Source of the DNA: an uncultured Candidatus Saccharibacteria bacterium
GTDB lineage: Bacteria; Patescibacteriota; Minisyncoccia; Phycocordibacterales; Phycocordibacteraceae
DNA length: 64,000 bases
Reading direction: 5' to 3'
NCBI GenBank assembly: GCA_964634305.1
Contig: CAZWLE010000001.1
Span: 1,128-65,127 of the forward strand
The notes beneath the pieces were generated by a model. The model was not told where the DNA came from and searched no databases. It was given only the letters and a program-made list of their open reading frames with translations. Numbering within the stretch: the stretch's first letter is position 1; each line of letters starts with the position of its first letter. This document shows positions 60,963 through 64,000 of the stretch, piece after piece. Both the position numbers and the translations under genes were made by a program.

Positions 60963-61019
60963 CGCTCAGTTTTTGAGTGCGTAGCGAGCCTAGGACGCAC
61001 CATGGTAGAATCGACATAT

Positions 61020-61253
61020 ATGGGTATTCAGAACTTCCTCCTCAAACAGGTCGCTAAGCAGAAAATGAAAGATGTCCCAGAGGGACAGCGTGAGCAAATA
61101 CTGGCGTTTCTTGAGAAGGACCCACAGCTCATGAAGAAAATCGGTGAAGAAATAGAGCGACGCGTGAAGAAAGGCGGCGAACCGCAGATGAAGGCAACGA
61201 TGGAAGTAATGAAGAAGTATCGTACGGAGATTGCTGCAATAATGCAGAAGTAG
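61020..61253 (+). CDS. Small helical hypothetical protein
   Basis: TAGAAT upstream of ATG 61020; coding-like composition. Confidence 0.75.
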   Translation: MGIQNFLLKQVAKQKMKDVPEGQREQILAFLEKDPQLMKKIGEEIERRVKKGGEPQMKATMEVMKKYRTEIAAIMQK

Positions 61254-61302
61254 TGTTCGTCCACAGTTATAGCTCACCGTCTTCCGGTATAATCGGAACA
61301 GC

Positions 61303-61890
61303 ATGAAAATTTATATTTTGCTTGGGCATCCGAACAAGGACGCCACGCTCTCTTCGGCATTTGCTGACGCGTATCAGAAAGCTGCAGAAGACGCAGGCCA
61401 TGAAGTACGCCGTGCAAATATTGGCGACCTGCAGTTTGATCCTATTTTGCATAAGGGATATCGCGAGATTCAGGCGCTTGAGCCTGACTTGGTACAGAGT
61501 CAGGAAGATATCAAATGGTGTGACCATTTCGTCCTTATCTACCCGCTCTGGTGGGCATCAGTGCCTGCCCTTTTGAAGGGATACATGGATCGTATGTGGC
61601 TGCCGCGTTTTGCGTTTAGCTTCATCAAGACGCCAGACGGTAAGTCGACCATGGGTTGGCACAAGCTATTGAAGGGACGTTCAGCACGCATGATTGTGCT
61701 TTCTAAAACAGTTCCTATTGTTGAGCACTTCCTCTATGGTGATTACACCTCAGACATCGCTAATGCACTCCTTCGCTTCTCTGGATTTAGAGTAGCCATA
61801 ACAAAGATTGGTACCTCAGAAGCACTGAGCGACGCACAGAAAGCATCGTGGACTAAGCGGATTGCCGCACTCGCGCGCAAAGGGAAATAG
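61303..61890 (+). CDS. Flavodoxin-fold NAD(P)H:quinone oxidoreductase family protein
   Basis: ILLGHP..S, YPLWW..PALLKG..DR. Confidence 0.9.
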   Translation: MKIYILLGHPNKDATLSSAFADAYQKAAEDAGHEVRRANIGDLQFDPILHKGYREIQALEPDLVQSQEDIKWCDHFVLIYPLWWASVPALLKGYMDRMWLPRFAFSFIKTPDGKSTMGWHKLLKGRSARMIVLSKTVPIVEHFLYGDYTSDIANALLRFSGFRVAITKIGTSEALSDAQKASWTKRIAALARKGK

Positions 61891-61932
61891 GCGTATATCT
61901 ATAGAGCCTTTGGCTTTGGTCAAAGGAAGGAG

Positions 61933-62130
61933 ATGGCAATGAGATCACTCCTGACCGTTATCATCCTCTTGCTCTCGGCTTGCGAAGAGCCTGTCCTAGT
62001 GCGAGTAGAACCACCTCCCTCAGTACAGTTGCAGGAAAAGTACCGAGATTGTAGTGCTCGCAACGAAAGAGGCGAGTTCACCACTGACAAGCAATACTTT
62101 GACTGCTTCCATAAAGCGCAGGGAGGTTAG
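61933..62130 (+). CDS. Putative small SD-led lipoprotein
   Basis: AAGGAAGGAG SD, LLSA-C lipobox, two further Cys; start at 61933 or 61939. Confidence 0.6.
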   Translation: MAMRSLLTVIILLLSACEEPVLVRVEPPPSVQLQEKYRDCSARNERGEFTTDKQYFDCFHKAQGG

Positions 62131-62195
62131 ATGACGGGGAGCTCCGCTGCAACGCGGGGCTTCTTGTTTCTCCGATTTTCCTGTAGTGTCTAGCA

Positions 62196-63293
62196 ATGTT
62201 GAAGATAGGTATCGTTGGTCTGCCAAACGTCGGGAAATCGACGCTTTTTAATGCACTTACCAAAGCAGCCGTGCCTGCAGAGAACTACCCGTTCTGCACC
62301 ATTGACCCATCGGTGGGTGTTGTTGGGGTACCAGACGCACGCCTCGATAAACTTGCTGCGTTTTCCAAAAGCGAGAAGGTAATTCCTGCAGCGATAGAGT
62401 TCGTCGATATTGCAGGCCTTGTGAAGGGTGCAAGTGAAGGTGAAGGTCTTGGCAACCAATTTCTCTCGAACATCCGTGAGACAGACGCCATTCTTCAAAT
62501 GGTGCGCTTTTTCGATGACCCAGACGTGACGCATGTGCATGGCGACGTAGATCCAGTGCGCGATATTGAAGTCATCAACCTTGAACTTATATTGTCTGAT
62601 CGAGAGCAGGTGGGTAAGCGTCGAGAGAAACTAATACGTGACATACGCGCGGGGCTTAAGGAAGCGGTTGCAGAAGACGCTGCACTTACCAAAGTTGAAC
62701 AAACCCTTGATGCCGGAAAGCTAGCCCTTGCAGCGGGACTTTCAGCTGACGAAGCTAAGCTCGTAAAGCATCTGAATCTGCTTACCTTAAAGCCGATTCT
62801 CTATGCCCTAAACGGCAAAGCAGGCGGTCACAACCTTAAGGAAGCGAACGATGACCGTGCGCAGCGTGCCTACGACTACATTGAGTCACTTGGTGGCCGT
62901 TATGTACATGTTGATGCACGCACTGAGCACGAACTTAACGACGTTGCTGAGGGAGATAAGGAGATGTTTCGTCAGGAGCTTGGTGTGCAAATCGACGGTC
63001 TCACTGATCTTATTCGTGGCGCCTATGCAACGCTTGGTCTCATGACCTTCTTTACGACCGGACCGAAGGAATCTCGTGCATGGACGGTGCCTATTGGTTC
63101 AACGGCTCCAGAAGCAGGCGCTGCTATCCATACCGATTTCAAGGATAAGTTCATTCGCGCTGAGGTTATTGGTACCGAAACGCTTCTTGAAGACGGTTCC
63201 TACGCTACCGCACGCGAAAAAGGACATGTACGCACGGAAGGAAAAACCTATGTGGTCTCAGACGGCGACGTAATGGTCTTCCTCCACTCCTAA
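62196..63293 (+). CDS. ychF: Redox-regulated ATPase YchF
   Basis: GIVGLPNVGKST, NYPFCTIDP, DIAGLVKGAS.GEGLGN, IHTDF, EGK.YVV.DGD. Confidence 0.97.
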   Translation: MLKIGIVGLPNVGKSTLFNALTKAAVPAENYPFCTIDPSVGVVGVPDARLDKLAAFSKSEKVIPAAIEFVDIAGLVKGASEGEGLGNQFLSNIRETDAILQMVRFFDDPDVTHVHGDVDPVRDIEVINLELILSDREQVGKRREKLIRDIRAGLKEAVAEDAALTKVEQTLDAGKLALAAGLSADEAKLVKHLNLLTLKPILYALNGKAGGHNLKEANDDRAQRAYDYIESLGGRYVHVDARTEHELNDVAEGDKEMFRQELGVQIDGLTDLIRGAYATLGLMTFFTTGPKESRAWTVPIGSTAPEAGAAIHTDFKDKFIRAEVIGTETLLEDGSYATAREKGHVRTEGKTYVVSDGDVMVFLHS

Positions 63294-64000
63294 CCGCCGC
63301 GACGCTGTCGACGAATTGAATCAAGCAGAAGTGCAAACGCTAGGCTACGTGCAAAGAAATTGATACTCTCGTGTGCATTAAAGTGCGTTAAACCATTGTC
63401 TCTTTTGTCGCTATCGTCAGGAAGATTTCCTACCTCAGTAGCGAAATGATAGAAGACATCAAGTGCTTTCACATTTTCTTTTGGTACGTCAGCAACGTAA
63501 CGTATGAAATTGCGTATGGTGCCGAGTCCTGCCTGATGACGAGTCACCATGCACGGCATAAGAAATAGTTTACGCATTTGCACTTCGTCGCCATCAAAAT
63601 AGCGCGTCGTTATAGTGGCGAGAGAATCCTTGGCTCCGGTCCACTCAGAAGAATCACCAGCTGCCGGCGCATCCTCTTGCCAATTCAACATGCGGTCAGC
63701 GTCGCGCAAGAAACTACGCATGAGCGCAAGCTGTGCAGGCGCTTCTTTCATCTCTTCTCTGGTATACCCAGCATCAATCATGGTGCTTTCAAGGACTTGA
63801 ATTCGATAACGAGCACCTGTTTCTGGATTTACCCGAGTGTTGTCGTATCTCGATTCTGTCGCAGGCAATCCAGATATGAGAAGACGCAGCTCTTCTCGTA
63901 TGTCAGGAATTTCATCAGCGGGTACCGTGTCGAACAGATGGTCAAAAAAGTATTCAGCACATGGTTTTCCGTTTACGCGGTCTTTGTCGCTCTCACGCAA
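63290..64000 (-). CDS. Hypothetical protein, 5' end beyond the window
   Basis: Open frame to the window edge, convergent overlap with ychF stop; no motif recognised. Confidence 0.65.
   Translation of the reverse strand: MRESDKDRVNGKPCAEYFFDHLFDTVPADEIPDIREELRLLISGLPATESRYDNTRVNPETGARYRIQVLESTMIDAGYTREEMKEAPAQLALMRSFLRDADRMLNWQEDAPAAGDSSEWTGAKDSLATITTRYFDGDEVQMRKLFLMPCMVTRHQAGLGTIRNFIRYVADVPKENVKALDVFYHFATEVGNLPDDSDKRDNGLTHFNAHESINFFARSLAFALLLDSIRRQRRGG

Overview
Chromosomal window from a small-genome bacterium that looks like Patescibacteria/CPR (Parcubacteria-like). This is inferred from a short Rel, short DnaX, truncated UvrC, reduced ATP synthase delta/epsilon, an orphan VirD4/TrwB-like ATPase and a standalone SWIB protein. 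Genetic code 11 applies (TGA ends genuine genes). Content is mostly housekeeping: parB, rel, topA, serS, ftsQ-like, dus, dnaX, a nucleotide house-cleaning cluster, a complete de novo UMP pathway (carAB, pyrBCDEF), pif1, tgt, uvrB-[HK-RR]-uvrA-uvrC, ddl, lexA, murL, atpBEF(H)AGDC, ychF and four tRNAs. No CRISPR array, IS, rRNA or prophage was seen. The most unusual signal is intergenic. More than 20 core genes look leaderless (TAnnnT-N6-9-ATG, mostly no SD). A separate dispersed class of about 8 small orphan ORFs carries strong Shine-Dalgarno sites, usually with its own promoter. An independently transcribed ~108-nt RNA between dus and dnaX has successive single-stranded segments, each complementary to the SD/AUG region of a different one of these ORFs, making it a candidate multi-seed anti-SD sRNA regulon. 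Further structured RNA candidates flank uvrC and uvrB, and carA has an SD-sequestering/attenuator leader. All product calls come from motif recognition by eye; no database search or folding computation was run.
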